DNA from: a virus
IMG/VR virus record: IMGVR_UViG_3300032285_001771
Location: 3,198-67,197 of that record
Direction: 5' to 3' (one strand)
DNA length: 64,000 bases
In this document: positions 40,086 through 49,709 of the stretch, piece by piece
Layout: every line of letters starts with the position of its first letter
Numbering within the stretch: position 1 is the stretch's first letter
The notes under the pieces: generated by a model
What the model was told of the DNA's origin: nothing
The model's input: the letters and a program-made list of their open reading frames with translations, nothing else
Database searches by the model: none
Translations under genes and position numbers: made by a program

Positions 40086-40887
40086 GTAAGTTAACCAATG
40101 CGTCTATTTTTTCTAGCAACTCAATCTTATTCATCATATGAATATCTTGATTAGTTGTTTTAACAAGTATATTCTGATCACTTACTGCCCAAGTTAAACC
40201 AGTGTCTGTTATTTTTAACAAAGAATCTCTGTCGTTAAACAAAATAGGACTAGGTAAAGCTGTATAATATTTTTCAGCTCCGAAGCCTCCCATAACATGG
40301 CATGCTACAGTAAATGCATAGTCATTGCGAAACCTTCTAGTATCAAACTGATAGAGTGTTCCATACCATGCCCAATTTTCTCTAATATGATCTACTAGAT
40401 CAAAAAGAATTTTATTTTCAGGAGTCTTATTGAATATGATATTTGTTGCCCAAAGCATATGAAGACTCTGCGGACTAAATGAAACACTACTACCGGGCCT
40501 ATTAGGACATAGGTCTTTCATATTTTCACAAATCATGAAATCATAATCACTATCTAAGTACTCTTTCAGTCTATTACTGAATACTAGAAAATCACTGTCA
40601 ATTAATAGTGTACGATCATAAGGGGTAAGATCATAGATTCTATTTCTGTTTATGTTTTTAAATGCAATTTGTTTTCCGGACAAGACACGTGAATTACCAG
40701 TATCTTCAATTTCAGTTACAATGATTTGATCGAAGTTGCTAGGATCAATTTTTTCCAGTGTAATCTTATCTGTTACAAGACTTACTGGTATATTAAGATG
40801 TTTGTTGACTAGACCAGCCGCAAGAACTGCTTGTAGGCCATAAGCAATATCGCCGTCAAAGGCAAAAATACAGCATCCCTGATTCAT
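40078..40887 (-). CDS. GT-A (GT8-like) glycosyltransferase
   Basis: TPYDRTLLIDSD (DxD), RNDYAF, IHMMNK; paralog of 39222..40085. Confidence 0.65.
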   Translation of the reverse strand: MNQGCCIFAFDGDIAYGLQAVLAAGLVNKHLNIPVSLVTDKITLEKIDPSNFDQIIVTEIEDTGNSRVLSGKQIAFKNINRNRIYDLTPYDRTLLIDSDFLVFSNRLKEYLDSDYDFMICENMKDLCPNRPGSSVSFSPQSLHMLWATNIIFNKTPENKILFDLVDHIRENWAWYGTLYQFDTRRFRNDYAFTVACHVMGGFGAEKYYTALPSPILFNDRDSLLKITDTGLTWAVSDQNILVKTTNQDIHMMNKIELLEKIDALVNLHD

Positions 40888-41225
40888 AGGTCTACCAGTT
40901 TTGCCGCAGTTCGTTTTTGTTTAATTGCTTTATAGTCTGTTAGGTATCTGTTCGTAACTTCAAAATACGTACTAACTACACGAGATTGGAAATCCTCTAA
41001 GTCTTCAATTTCTACGGGATATCCGTTATCATCAAGGATAACAGCAGACCCGTATTCTTTGATAGAATTTATAAAACCAATTAGAGTTCGATCAACTGTG
41101 AACATGCCACCGCAGTAACCTATAACAAGTTCTGCGTGTGCTTTGTCTTTTAACCGATGTCTTTCAATTCCGAGAGTTTGTCTATAATCAGCATGTTCTA
41201 ATGCCTTAACCAATCTTTCGTCCAT
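40884..41225 (-). CDS. hypothetical protein
   Basis: 113-aa ORF with AAGG RBS; links the structural genes to the glycosyltransferase genes. Confidence 0.75.
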   Translation of the reverse strand: MDERLVKALEHADYRQTLGIERHRLKDKAHAELVIGYCGGMFTVDRTLIGFINSIKEYGSAVILDDNGYPVEIEDLEDFQSRVVSTYFEVTNRYLTDYKAIKQKRTAAKLVDL

Positions 41226-41238
41226 TTCAACCTTTCAA

Positions 41239-44200
41239 TTAATTTGACGGCTCTATTCCTGGATAGTACACAGAATAATGTTGTACGCCGTCTATATAAT
41301 TATACGCATGAGTCTGGCCTGTGGGTTGAATATTGAAAGGATATACAAGCGACTGTGTCAATCCGGCATTACCAGATGAAGTTATACTAGAACCTCCTGT
41401 TCCGGTGTATTGATTAAGTATAGCTGAAATTACTATAATAGATTTGGCTTGGAATAAATCAGAAGTGTCTAATCCAAGCCACATGGCAAAATAACTGCCG
41501 GTATAATGTGCATCCGCTTCGTATACCCTAGCTGTGAAAGGAGTGCCCGGTGTAGCTATTAAATCTGGATTCACCAACATGTTTCCGCCATAAACCCCAC
41601 CAGTGAGATTTAGTGTTGCAGGATAAGACCCAGATTGACCAAATTGACTGAAGGAGTCCTTAGTGAGTTTGAAAGCCCCTTGACCGCTGAGTAAGTCTGC
41701 CCATCCCTGACTAATTGGATTTTGAACTGAAGGAACAAAGCTATAATTCCATGCTATATATCCACCACCATTCCAGAAACTTCTAAAACTGGCATTATTT
41801 GCGAAATCAATTTGATAACGGAAGCCGTGACCACTATCAAAGGTAATATTGCCGCTATGTGCAGACCATGTACTTAAAGTTAGGTTAGTTGGAGCGACTG
41901 TATTTCTATTAGTGTAAGTGTAATCAACCGCGGCACTTAATCCGTTGTAGTCAGATTGTGTAACCAAATATTTTGTAGTCACAGGAACCCTAGATATAGG
42001 TTGATATCTTGTGTTAGCAATGTGTTGATAACATTTGTCAACGTCTTGGGCGATTTGATCGTATTCTATACCAGTGATCTTATCATTAGTGTTTACTGCA
42101 CTACTTGTATAACTTTGATTCCAACCTACGTCTAAGGTTCCGCTATTTGGCGCACCTAGAACTGCGGTTACTTTCCCTTGCAAAAGATTCCAGTCACTGT
42201 GACTTACAGCGTTTGATGATCCTTGCACAGGTGCAGACTGTATCGATAATGTGAAAGTACCAGATGCCGTATTGCTGGTAGCATCTGTCCCTGTAACAGT
42301 ATATGTGGTTGTCTGCAGAGCTCCGGTTGGAGTTCCGGAAATAGCTCCATTTGATGTATTGAAACTTAGCCCTGCCGGAAGACTTGGACTAATGCTGTAA
42401 GTCACAGTTCCGGCGCCACCAATAAACGATACTGGAATAAATCCAGTTATCAGAGTTCCGGCTGTGCCTAGTTTTGATGGGACTAAAACCGAAGCAGTTA
42501 TTGTATTGCCTATAACGGCCCCTCTTTCTGCAAGAGTTGAAATTTGACTGGTTAGATTGTGATTAGGATATGCAATATTAGCGGCCGCCCAATCACCCCC
42601 CTCATCTAATTTAAAATACTTTACTCTATTGTTTCCTAGTTCTGCTTGTAGAGTATTAATAAAATTGTCAGTAAGAATCGCAGGCACTAATGTGTCATTT
42701 ATATTATTAAAGAAAATAAATTTAACACTAGAGTTCTTTACAGCATTGTGCCATGTACCAGGACTGCTATTTGTGCCGTATTTGTACCTAGGCGAAGCCG
42801 CTTGTAATGCTGTGCTGTTACCTGTACTGTTTACATAATTGTTTACAATATCTTTTGCAGTCTGCGTGATAGTTCCATCATTTAGAGTAACATAGTCTAA
42901 GTCCATCGGCCCGACTATAGGACATATTGCAGTAATCGGACCTTGTCCGTAATCATAGATATATTTCATACCAGCATACGCCACCAAATGTCCTCCAGCA
43001 CTTTCTCCTGCTAGAATAAGTCCATATGTGTTGGCCGCGGATACTATCTGATTCCATAAACTATTATACGAAGAACCGGCATTTTGTATAGTACAAAATC
43101 TTAGAATAGTTTCAATATCATCAGCTCCGGCGGGATGATAATTTCCAACACTGCCTCCCGGTGGAATATAATTTGTGTCAGTAGTGGCCATTCGGTAGTT
43201 ACAGTTAACAACAATATAACCTTTAGATACTAATTGTCTTATTTGATCGTCATCGTTAATCCAATATCCTCCTTGGCTTGTAGTAAAAGTTGACGAAGAT
43301 TTTGCTCCACCGACCCAACCACCGCCATGAACCCAAATTATGACTCCTTTTGGAGCACCACTATCTAATTGAAAGATGTCGCAAGTTTGAATAGGATCTG
43401 ATCCGTACTGCACATCATATGTCTGGTGATATGATATAGGACTGGTTATTGCTAGGTTGAACTGAGCAGTTGCCGACACACCACCGCCAGTGACTGTAAC
43501 AGTATAAGTAGTTGCCCCTTGAGTAGTTGTTGTTCTTCCTGTGATCTCACCAGTTTTGGAATTTATATGTAGGCCGGTATCAAAATAAACAGGACTGCCA
43601 GCACTACCTACGTTAGAAGTATAGCCAGGCGAGATGGTCCAGGTTAGCTTGCCTGAATCTGTTGGAAATTGTAACACTGAACCATCTGTTATCCCTGCTC
43701 CAAAAATCCCGTCCCCTACTTTAAAGTTACCGACTGGCGTTGCAGATACTAAATGAAAGTATGCTACATCAGTTCTTCCGGGGATGGCCTCGATCCAACA
43801 TTGTGCAGTACCGTTTAATGTGCTCATCGGTAACGAAGGACTAATAGTATAAACAAGTTGGCCAACACCTCCCGATCCAATTACGGGAGTAAATTTTGCT
43901 ACAGTTCCTGCTTTGATAGTTGTTGAAGGCAATGCGACAGTTGCCGATGGTGCTGGAGGAAAGTATGCGTACAATGTTCTATTTGGTGCACCTTGAAGTA
44001 GTCCGGTGTCGTACAGCGGGTTGACAACGTTATAACCGCCGTCCTGCATAGTGCCTTCTTTACCGTGGTCGATTAAGTACTGTTGTGCATCTGCTTGAGT
44101 AGTTGTTGGGAACAATTCTAATAAACATGCTAATAGTCCTGTAACTTGAGGACTCGCCATTGATGTTCCATTAATCTTAACTTGATAATAGTTGCTATTT

Positions 44201-45570
44201 CTAGCATCGGCTACGGCACCGCTGTAAGTGGTATTATTAAAAACTGAGCTTGTAATGTAAGAACCAGGAGACCATACATCGATTCTAGGACCTGTTTCAG
44301 AATATCCTGATTTAATATCAATGTAGGAAGAACTTAGAGCACCAACTACAATACCATTAGAAACTGTAGTAAATGTTCCTCTATTATAGTAATATGTCGT
44401 TCCAGAAGTTACAAGACTATTATTATAATCAGGATCAGTTGTAGATTGATCGTCTCTGGCTATCTTTGTAGAATAATTACCAGCGGCACTGACTACTATG
44501 ATTCCTGCATTAATACAGTCTTGTAATTGTGATTCATATGCAGGATATCGGTATAGTATTCTAACCTGAGTATTACTATAAGTTGGAAAACCATAACCAT
44601 TAAGGGTAGCTACACTAAATCCGCCCGACGGTGCTGTGTAAGTAGTTCCTCTGTAGGTAACCGAACTGATAGTAGATATATCAATAACTTTTTGAATGAC
44701 CCAACTGTTGTTTATAATGGTCGGATTTCTAGTACCAGTCGCAGGGTTAACCGCCTTGTTCTGGTGCCAATATTTTATGTACTCAAAAAAGTATCCGTTA
44801 ATAAACTGATTAGTGGTAAAGTTAAAAGGATTGCTATCATTGCCATATGGATATATGTTGTAGATGTTGGCGCCCCTTGCCCAACCGTTAGTATTACCAC
44901 ATGCAATGCCAGCGACGTGAGAACCGTGCATATTGTTGGATTCTAAGGCCGCGGTCGCTCCTTGGGATTGACGATATGGGGTGTATATGTAATTGCCGTT
45001 AGTCGATCCCCAAAGTCCGTTACTAAGACTTAACCAGTTAAATTGATTATACCGACTCCCACCACTACCATCCGAGTTAACCGCGTACTCTGGGTGCGCC
45101 GGATCAGCGTGGCCATCTACAATTACTACGTCAACGTTAGTGCCGCTAAATGGAATATTCACAGTTGCTGATACATCGAATAATTGTTGAGGACTGTCAC
45201 TTCCCCACTGAAATCTTTGAACACCTTCCACTGCCCTTAAGATGCCCCAATTGTTGTCTCCTTGAGCAGTTGTATAACCTCTACTCCATAAATTAGAAGT
45301 TTGTGTGTAACCGCCAGCAGGTACAGCTTCGATTCCTAAATCCTTCATGGTTCTAGTTATTTCCCACACCCTTGGATCTTGCCTTAATAATTCAGCTTCT
45401 GCTTCAGTCATCATGTAATGAGTGGAACGACTGGCAGTTGGATTTAAACAGCAATCAACAGCTCGATCAGGCACGCATTCGCTACCGCCGGAATTTATAA
45501 TTTCGTCGTGTAGTGCTGGTTTGTCTTCAATGTTGTGTACAATTACAATATATTCAATTAATTCGTTCAT
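41239..45570 (-). CDS. multidomain protein: S8 subtilase + Ig-like (He_PIG) repeats + HSL-type alpha/beta esterase + C-terminal virion-type domain
   Basis: S8 triad VDVVIVDG / HGSHVAG / GTSMASP; esterase HGGGW and GESAGG; LPAGLSFNTSNGAISGTPT Ig motif; C-terminus paralogous to the two upstream genes. Confidence 0.85.
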   Translation of the reverse strand: MNELIEYIVIVHNIEDKPALHDEIINSGGSECVPDRAVDCCLNPTASRSTHYMMTEAEAELLRQDPRVWEITRTMKDLGIEAVPAGGYTQTSNLWSRGYTTAQGDNNWGILRAVEGVQRFQWGSDSPQQLFDVSATVNIPFSGTNVDVVIVDGHADPAHPEYAVNSDGSGGSRYNQFNWLSLSNGLWGSTNGNYIYTPYRQSQGATAALESNNMHGSHVAGIACGNTNGWARGANIYNIYPYGNDSNPFNFTTNQFINGYFFEYIKYWHQNKAVNPATGTRNPTIINNSWVIQKVIDISTISSVTYRGTTYTAPSGGFSVATLNGYGFPTYSNTQVRILYRYPAYESQLQDCINAGIIVVSAAGNYSTKIARDDQSTTDPDYNNSLVTSGTTYYYNRGTFTTVSNGIVVGALSSSYIDIKSGYSETGPRIDVWSPGSYITSSVFNNTTYSGAVADARNSNYYQVKINGTSMASPQVTGLLACLLELFPTTTQADAQQYLIDHGKEGTMQDGGYNVVNPLYDTGLLQGAPNRTLYAYFPPAPSATVALPSTTIKAGTVAKFTPVIGSGGVGQLVYTISPSLPMSTLNGTAQCWIEAIPGRTDVAYFHLVSATPVGNFKVGDGIFGAGITDGSVLQFPTDSGKLTWTISPGYTSNVGSAGSPVYFDTGLHINSKTGEITGRTTTTQGATTYTVTVTGGGVSATAQFNLAITSPISYHQTYDVQYGSDPIQTCDIFQLDSGAPKGVIIWVHGGGWVGGAKSSSTFTTSQGGYWINDDDQIRQLVSKGYIVVNCNYRMATTDTNYIPPGGSVGNYHPAGADDIETILRFCTIQNAGSSYNSLWNQIVSAANTYGLILAGESAGGHLVAYAGMKYIYDYGQGPITAICPIVGPMDLDYVTLNDGTITQTAKDIVNNYVNSTGNSTALQAASPRYKYGTNSSPGTWHNAVKNSSVKFIFFNNINDTLVPAILTDNFINTLQAELGNNRVKYFKLDEGGDWAAANIAYPNHNLTSQISTLAERGAVIGNTITASVLVPSKLGTAGTLITGFIPVSFIGGAGTVTYSISPSLPAGLSFNTSNGAISGTPTGALQTTTYTVTGTDATSNTASGTFTLSIQSAPVQGSSNAVSHSDWNLLQGKVTAVLGAPNSGTLDVGWNQSYTSSAVNTNDKITGIEYDQIAQDVDKCYQHIANTRYQPISRVPVTTKYLVTQSDYNGLSAAVDYTYTNRNTVAPTNLTLSTWSAHSGNITFDSGHGFRYQIDFANNASFRSFWNGGGYIAWNYSFVPSVQNPISQGWADLLSGQGAFKLTKDSFSQFGQSGSYPATLNLTGGVYGGNMLVNPDLIATPGTPFTARVYEADAHYTGSYFAMWLGLDTSDLFQAKSIIVISAILNQYTGTGGSSITSSGNAGLTQSLVYPFNIQPTGQTHAYNYIDGVQHYSVYYPGIEPSN

Positions 45571-45578
45571 GTTATTCC

Positions 45579-46460
45579 TTAGGTCAGGATTCCGTTTGAG
45601 GAAGTTGCCGCACCTGCCGCATAGGTGTACGGATATTTTTGAGTTATAGTTACTGCAAAGTTACCATCTATGGTGTCTGGTCCTGCTCCTACAGGAGTAT
45701 GAGCATCAACAAGTAATATTTGAATATTCATAGTCTTTGCCGATCCGGGAGTATTGTCTAACCACACACTTGCTCTATAATAATTTGATGTATAGTTTGT
45801 GTCTTGATCATATACTTGAATAAATGTTACCGGTATAACACTGAATCCGCTGATGCCTGAAGTATTGTTAACTGTACCAGTCCACGTGTTACCCGATTGT
45901 CCGCTTGCTGTAGCATTAATATAAAAAAACCCAGCGTTTGATAATAAGTTTGTCCAGCTTTGATTTTGTGAATTTGTGGCGCCTGCGTATCTAGACACAT
46001 TCCAATAAACTTGTCCACCTGCATTCCAAAAACCGTTAAATTCAGCTACGCTTGCCCATGAGAACGTATAAGTTGCACCCAATGTAGCTGTCCAAGTGTA
46101 TGCTTGTGTGTTACTGAACATGTTTGATGTGGTCAGCTGTGATGCGGCCGCGTATGTTTTATAAGTGTTAATATAAGTTGCCGCCGCTGAGATGTTGGTT
46201 AGATCTGCCTGAGTAATCTGCGTCCCAGCATTCCTAGTAGGCAATGCTGATGCCGACCCTGTGATGTGTGTATAGCAATAATCAATGTCAGTTTTTAGTG
46301 CATTGTAATGAGTATGATTAATTTGAAGTGAGCTATTAACCTGACTACTGGTAATACTGCTGGCTTTACCCCAACCCTTGCTTAGGTCAGTAGCCGTTCC
46401 CATTACACCGGCTATCGTTGACTGTAAAGGATTCCAATCTGATGCGAATACTTTTCCCAT
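45579..46460 (-). CDS. putative virion structural protein
   Basis: T/S/A/G/N-rich; DWNPLQ, FNGFWNAGG, WTNLL, YTSNYY shared with its neighbours. Confidence 0.6.
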   Translation of the reverse strand: MGKVFASDWNPLQSTIAGVMGTATDLSKGWGKASSITSSQVNSSLQINHTHYNALKTDIDYCYTHITGSASALPTRNAGTQITQADLTNISAAATYINTYKTYAAASQLTTSNMFSNTQAYTWTATLGATYTFSWASVAEFNGFWNAGGQVYWNVSRYAGATNSQNQSWTNLLSNAGFFYINATASGQSGNTWTGTVNNTSGISGFSVIPVTFIQVYDQDTNYTSNYYRASVWLDNTPGSAKTMNIQILLVDAHTPVGAGPDTIDGNFAVTITQKYPYTYAAGAATSSNGILT

Positions 46461-46470
46461 ATTATTTCTC

Positions 46471-47385
46471 TTATGTTATAGAATTAGTTGTACCAGCTAC
46501 TGCCGGTACTTGTGCCGCGTAGGCATAGTAAGTGTTAACAGACCATGAAAATAAAGAATCAACATAGTCATCAGTTGTATGTGCCGGTGCAGTATGTGGA
46601 TCATTCAATGTTGCTGTTATTGTAAAACCTGTACAGTCAAATACTCCTTTACCTAAGGGGTATGGATTTACAGTAAGAGCATAAGCATTGGATGTATAGT
46701 GCGCTTCGGTAGATAACAGTCTAAACATGAGACCATCGTGCCCTGGAGACTGTCCATTTTGTATTATATTATATAAACCGCCGTTAGGAAAAGTACCTGC
46801 TCGACTGTTGTTGTTTTGGATAGCGGCATCGCCTGAAATTACAATAGTTCCTACTGAGTTTAACAAGGTTGCCCATGCGCCTGTTTGCGGTGTACCACTG
46901 CCTCCAGAAAACCCAGCCGACACTGATATGAATCCGCCCGAGTTGGCCCACCCTCGAAAGTTAGCATTGCTTCCCCAATCTAGTGTTGCGCTATGTTGTC
47001 TTGATGTACTCCAAGTATCGCCGTTGCTGTAAGAATCAGAAGCGGTTACTGCTAACAATGATGGTCCTACTTTATTACGATTTGTAACGGCAGATGTAGT
47101 GATAGATGAAAATTGGGTCAGATCGTCTATGCCAATTATTTGTCCGGGAGAAAACAATGACAAGTCTGTTTGATTGCCTGTCTGGTGTTGTACGATAGTA
47201 TTAAGATCTCCGATAGCTCGGTTTACGTCAGCACCGTAAACTATCGCACCAGTTTGTACCTGAGAACTGCTAACAGTTAGATTGTATCCTAAATCTACTA
47301 TACCTGAGTCGGGTGCTCCTAGAATAGAAGCTATTTTAACCTGTATAGCATTGAAGGTATCTTTTGTAATTTTACTCGACGCCAT
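46471..47385 (-). CDS. putative virion structural protein
   Basis: FNAIQ..I..ILGAP, FRGWANSGG, WATLL, HYTSNAY; paralog of 45579..46460. Confidence 0.6.
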   Translation of the reverse strand: MASSKITKDTFNAIQVKIASILGAPDSGIVDLGYNLTVSSSQVQTGAIVYGADVNRAIGDLNTIVQHQTGNQTDLSLFSPGQIIGIDDLTQFSSITTSAVTNRNKVGPSLLAVTASDSYSNGDTWSTSRQHSATLDWGSNANFRGWANSGGFISVSAGFSGGSGTPQTGAWATLLNSVGTIVISGDAAIQNNNSRAGTFPNGGLYNIIQNGQSPGHDGLMFRLLSTEAHYTSNAYALTVNPYPLGKGVFDCTGFTITATLNDPHTAPAHTTDDYVDSLFSWSVNTYYAYAAQVPAVAGTTNSIT

Positions 47386-47396
47386 TTATTTTCCTA

Positions 47397-47723
47397 TTAA
47401 ACTCTAAAAGATTCGCCGCATCCACAGCGATCTCGTTCATTTGGATTAATAAAGTCAAAACCTTCGTTAAGTCCTCGTCGGACCCAATCTATTGTCATGC
47501 CATCCAAATATGGGTTATTCTTTTGATCAATTAATACAACAAAGTCACTTTGAGCGTAATTAGTTACACCTACTTCGGCTTCGTATTTGTCTACGTATTC
47601 TAATACATAGGCCATGCCACTGCACCCTGTAGTTTTAACACCTATACGTATACCAACGCCCTTACCACGTTTTTTCAAGTTTTCTTTGATTTTCTTAGTG
47701 GCTTCAGTTGTTAAAATAACCAT
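47397..47723 (-). CDS. iscA: A-type Fe-S carrier IscA
   Basis: GIRIGVKTTGCSGMAYVLE and GLNEGFDFINPNERDRCGCGESF. Confidence 0.92.
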   Translation of the reverse strand: MVILTTEATKKIKENLKKRGKGVGIRIGVKTTGCSGMAYVLEYVDKYEAEVGVTNYAQSDFVVLIDQKNNPYLDGMTIDWVRRGLNEGFDFINPNERDRCGCGESFRV

Positions 47724-47734
47724 TTTGCTGTATA

Positions 47735-47757
47735 ATAAATATTGTATTCATATTTAG
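47735..47757. promoter_or_regulatory. divergent late-promoter-like motifs between iscA and iscU
   Basis: ATAAATA (+, 47735-47741) and CTAAATA (-, 47751-47757). Confidence 0.5.
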
Positions 47758-47770
47758 TACAGGAGAACAC

Positions 47771-48151
47771 GTGGCATATTCAGAAAAGGTGATAGATCAC
47801 TACGAAAATCCTCGCAACGTTGGTAATTTTCCAAAAGACGATACTGATGTTGGTACCGGCATGGTAGGTGCGCCTGCCTGTGGTGACGTTATGAAATTAC
47901 AAATTAAGGTAGACGAAGATGGTATTATTAGAGATGCTCGTTTCAAGACATATGGATGCGGTTCAGCAATCGCCAGTTCGTCGTTGGTTACAGAGTGGGT
48001 TAAGGGTATGCATATTGATGATGCTGTTAACCTTAAAAACTCGCAAATCGCAGAAGAGCTTGCACTCCCGCCTGTAAAGATACATTGTTCAATTCTAGCA
48101 GAAGATGCTATCAAAGCCGCAGTGGCAGATTACAAAGAAAAACATAAATGA
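47771..48151 (+). CDS. iscU: Fe-S cluster scaffold IscU
   Basis: YSEKVIDHYENPRNVG, APACGD, GCGSAIAS, LPPVKIHCS; AGGAG RBS, GTG start. Confidence 0.97.
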   Translation: MAYSEKVIDHYENPRNVGNFPKDDTDVGTGMVGAPACGDVMKLQIKVDEDGIIRDARFKTYGCGSAIASSSLVTEWVKGMHIDDAVNLKNSQIAEELALPPVKIHCSILAEDAIKAAVADYKEKHK

Positions 48152-49404
48152 AAATAGCTGTCATTGGTGCAGGTTCTGCCGGAGTAATTTCAGCCGCCCA
48201 GTTGTGTGCAAACGTACCCAATGGATTTGAAATCGTTAGCATATATGATCCAAACACAAAAATATTAGGCATTGGCGAAAGCACTAATAGTGGGTTAATA
48301 ACAGTACTAGAACAGGCATGCGGATTCAGCTTCATGGATGATCTAGATGCTATGGACAGTACACTGAAATTTGGCAATAAGTTTATAGACTGGCGGGCAG
48401 ACGACTGGTTTAATCCGTTACTCGATGGCGGCGTTGCTATACACATTAATAATTTCAAATTAAAAGATTTCGTATTTCCTCGTATCGCTGAACGCTTTCC
48501 TCTAAAGTTTAAAACTGTGGAAGGCCTAGTAGACGATATTGTTAGTACGGGAGACGGTGCAGATGTTATAGTCGACGGTGTTGTCCATCATTTTGATCAT
48601 GTGGTAGACACACGGGGCTTTCCTAAAGATTATACAGATTACAATATAGTAGACAGTTTGCCCTTAAATCACGGCATCATACATACAGAATATAAACCCG
48701 GTGATTGGCAATATACTGAACACCGTGCGACTGCCAATGGTTGGATGTTTGGCATTCCGTTAAAGCATCGAAGAACATACGGATATCTGTTTAATGATAC
48801 TGTTACTACTAGAGAAGAAGCCTATGAAGATATTGCTCGGATATTCAATATAGATGTTGACAACATAGGAAGAGTAGAAGGACAGATAGAATACGAGTTT
48901 AAAAGCTATTATGCTAAAACTGTATACAAAGACAGAATACTCAAGAACGGAAACCGTGCTATTTTCTTTGAACCTATCAGCGCCAGCAGTATCTACTTTT
49001 ATGTTTATACCAATTATATATTCATCGAATATCTCAAGGGCAACATTACAGAAGCTGTGCTAAATGAGCGATTTGTAGACTATGCCCAACAGCTAGAAGA
49101 CATGATTTGTTTCTTTTATCACGGTGGTAGCACATTTGATACACCATTCTGGGATATGGCAAAAGAGCGCACTACTGCCCATTTAATGAAAAGCAAGAAC
49201 TTTAAACGAGCATTAGTTGATTGTTATAGTAAGAACCAAATGGGGTTACCGCACTATGCAGAAGGTTGGGTGTTTAGTGGATACCATTTAAACTTAATTG
49301 ATAAAAAGTTTGGCTACAATTATTTTACTGATCCTGTGAAGAACAAGAAAACTATAGAAGCTATTGATGCTAACTTAAATACTGGTGGAAGAATTATACT
49401 ATGA
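48148..49404 (+). CDS. flavin-dependent (tryptophan halogenase family) enzyme
   Basis: GAGSAG, GIGES, GWMFGIP (variant WxWxIP), FFEPISAS. Confidence 0.8.
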   Translation: MKIAVIGAGSAGVISAAQLCANVPNGFEIVSIYDPNTKILGIGESTNSGLITVLEQACGFSFMDDLDAMDSTLKFGNKFIDWRADDWFNPLLDGGVAIHINNFKLKDFVFPRIAERFPLKFKTVEGLVDDIVSTGDGADVIVDGVVHHFDHVVDTRGFPKDYTDYNIVDSLPLNHGIIHTEYKPGDWQYTEHRATANGWMFGIPLKHRRTYGYLFNDTVTTREEAYEDIARIFNIDVDNIGRVEGQIEYEFKSYYAKTVYKDRILKNGNRAIFFEPISASSIYFYVYTNYIFIEYLKGNITEAVLNERFVDYAQQLEDMICFFYHGGSTFDTPFWDMAKERTTAHLMKSKNFKRALVDCYSKNQMGLPHYAEGWVFSGYHLNLIDKKFGYNYFTDPVKNKKTIEAIDANLNTGGRIIL

Positions 49405-49709
49405 TTACTATTTCAGAATCTGCAAAGATTAAAATAGCAGACATCTTGTTAGAAGATGGAAGCAAATATGTCCGTGCATTTGTACAAGGTGGCGGATGCA
49501 GTGGTATGCAATACGGTTTTACCATAGAGGATACACTCAATGAAGATGATTTTCAATTTGATAATGTAGTAGTAGATTCTATGAGTATGCAGTATCTCAC
49601 AGGTGCTGAAATCGATTACAAAGAAGATATAAATGGATCACAATTTAATATTAAAAACCCCAACGCTCAAACAACCTGCGGATGCGGCTCCAGCTTCAGT
49701 CCAGGGTGA
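49401..49709 (+). CDS. erpA: A-type Fe-S carrier ErpA-like
   Basis: [45 protein letters not shown]. Confidence 0.88.
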   Translation: MITISESAKIKIADILLEDGSKYVRAFVQGGGCSGMQYGFTIEDTLNEDDFQFDNVVVDSMSMQYLTGAEIDYKEDINGSQFNIKNPNAQTTCGCGSSFSPG

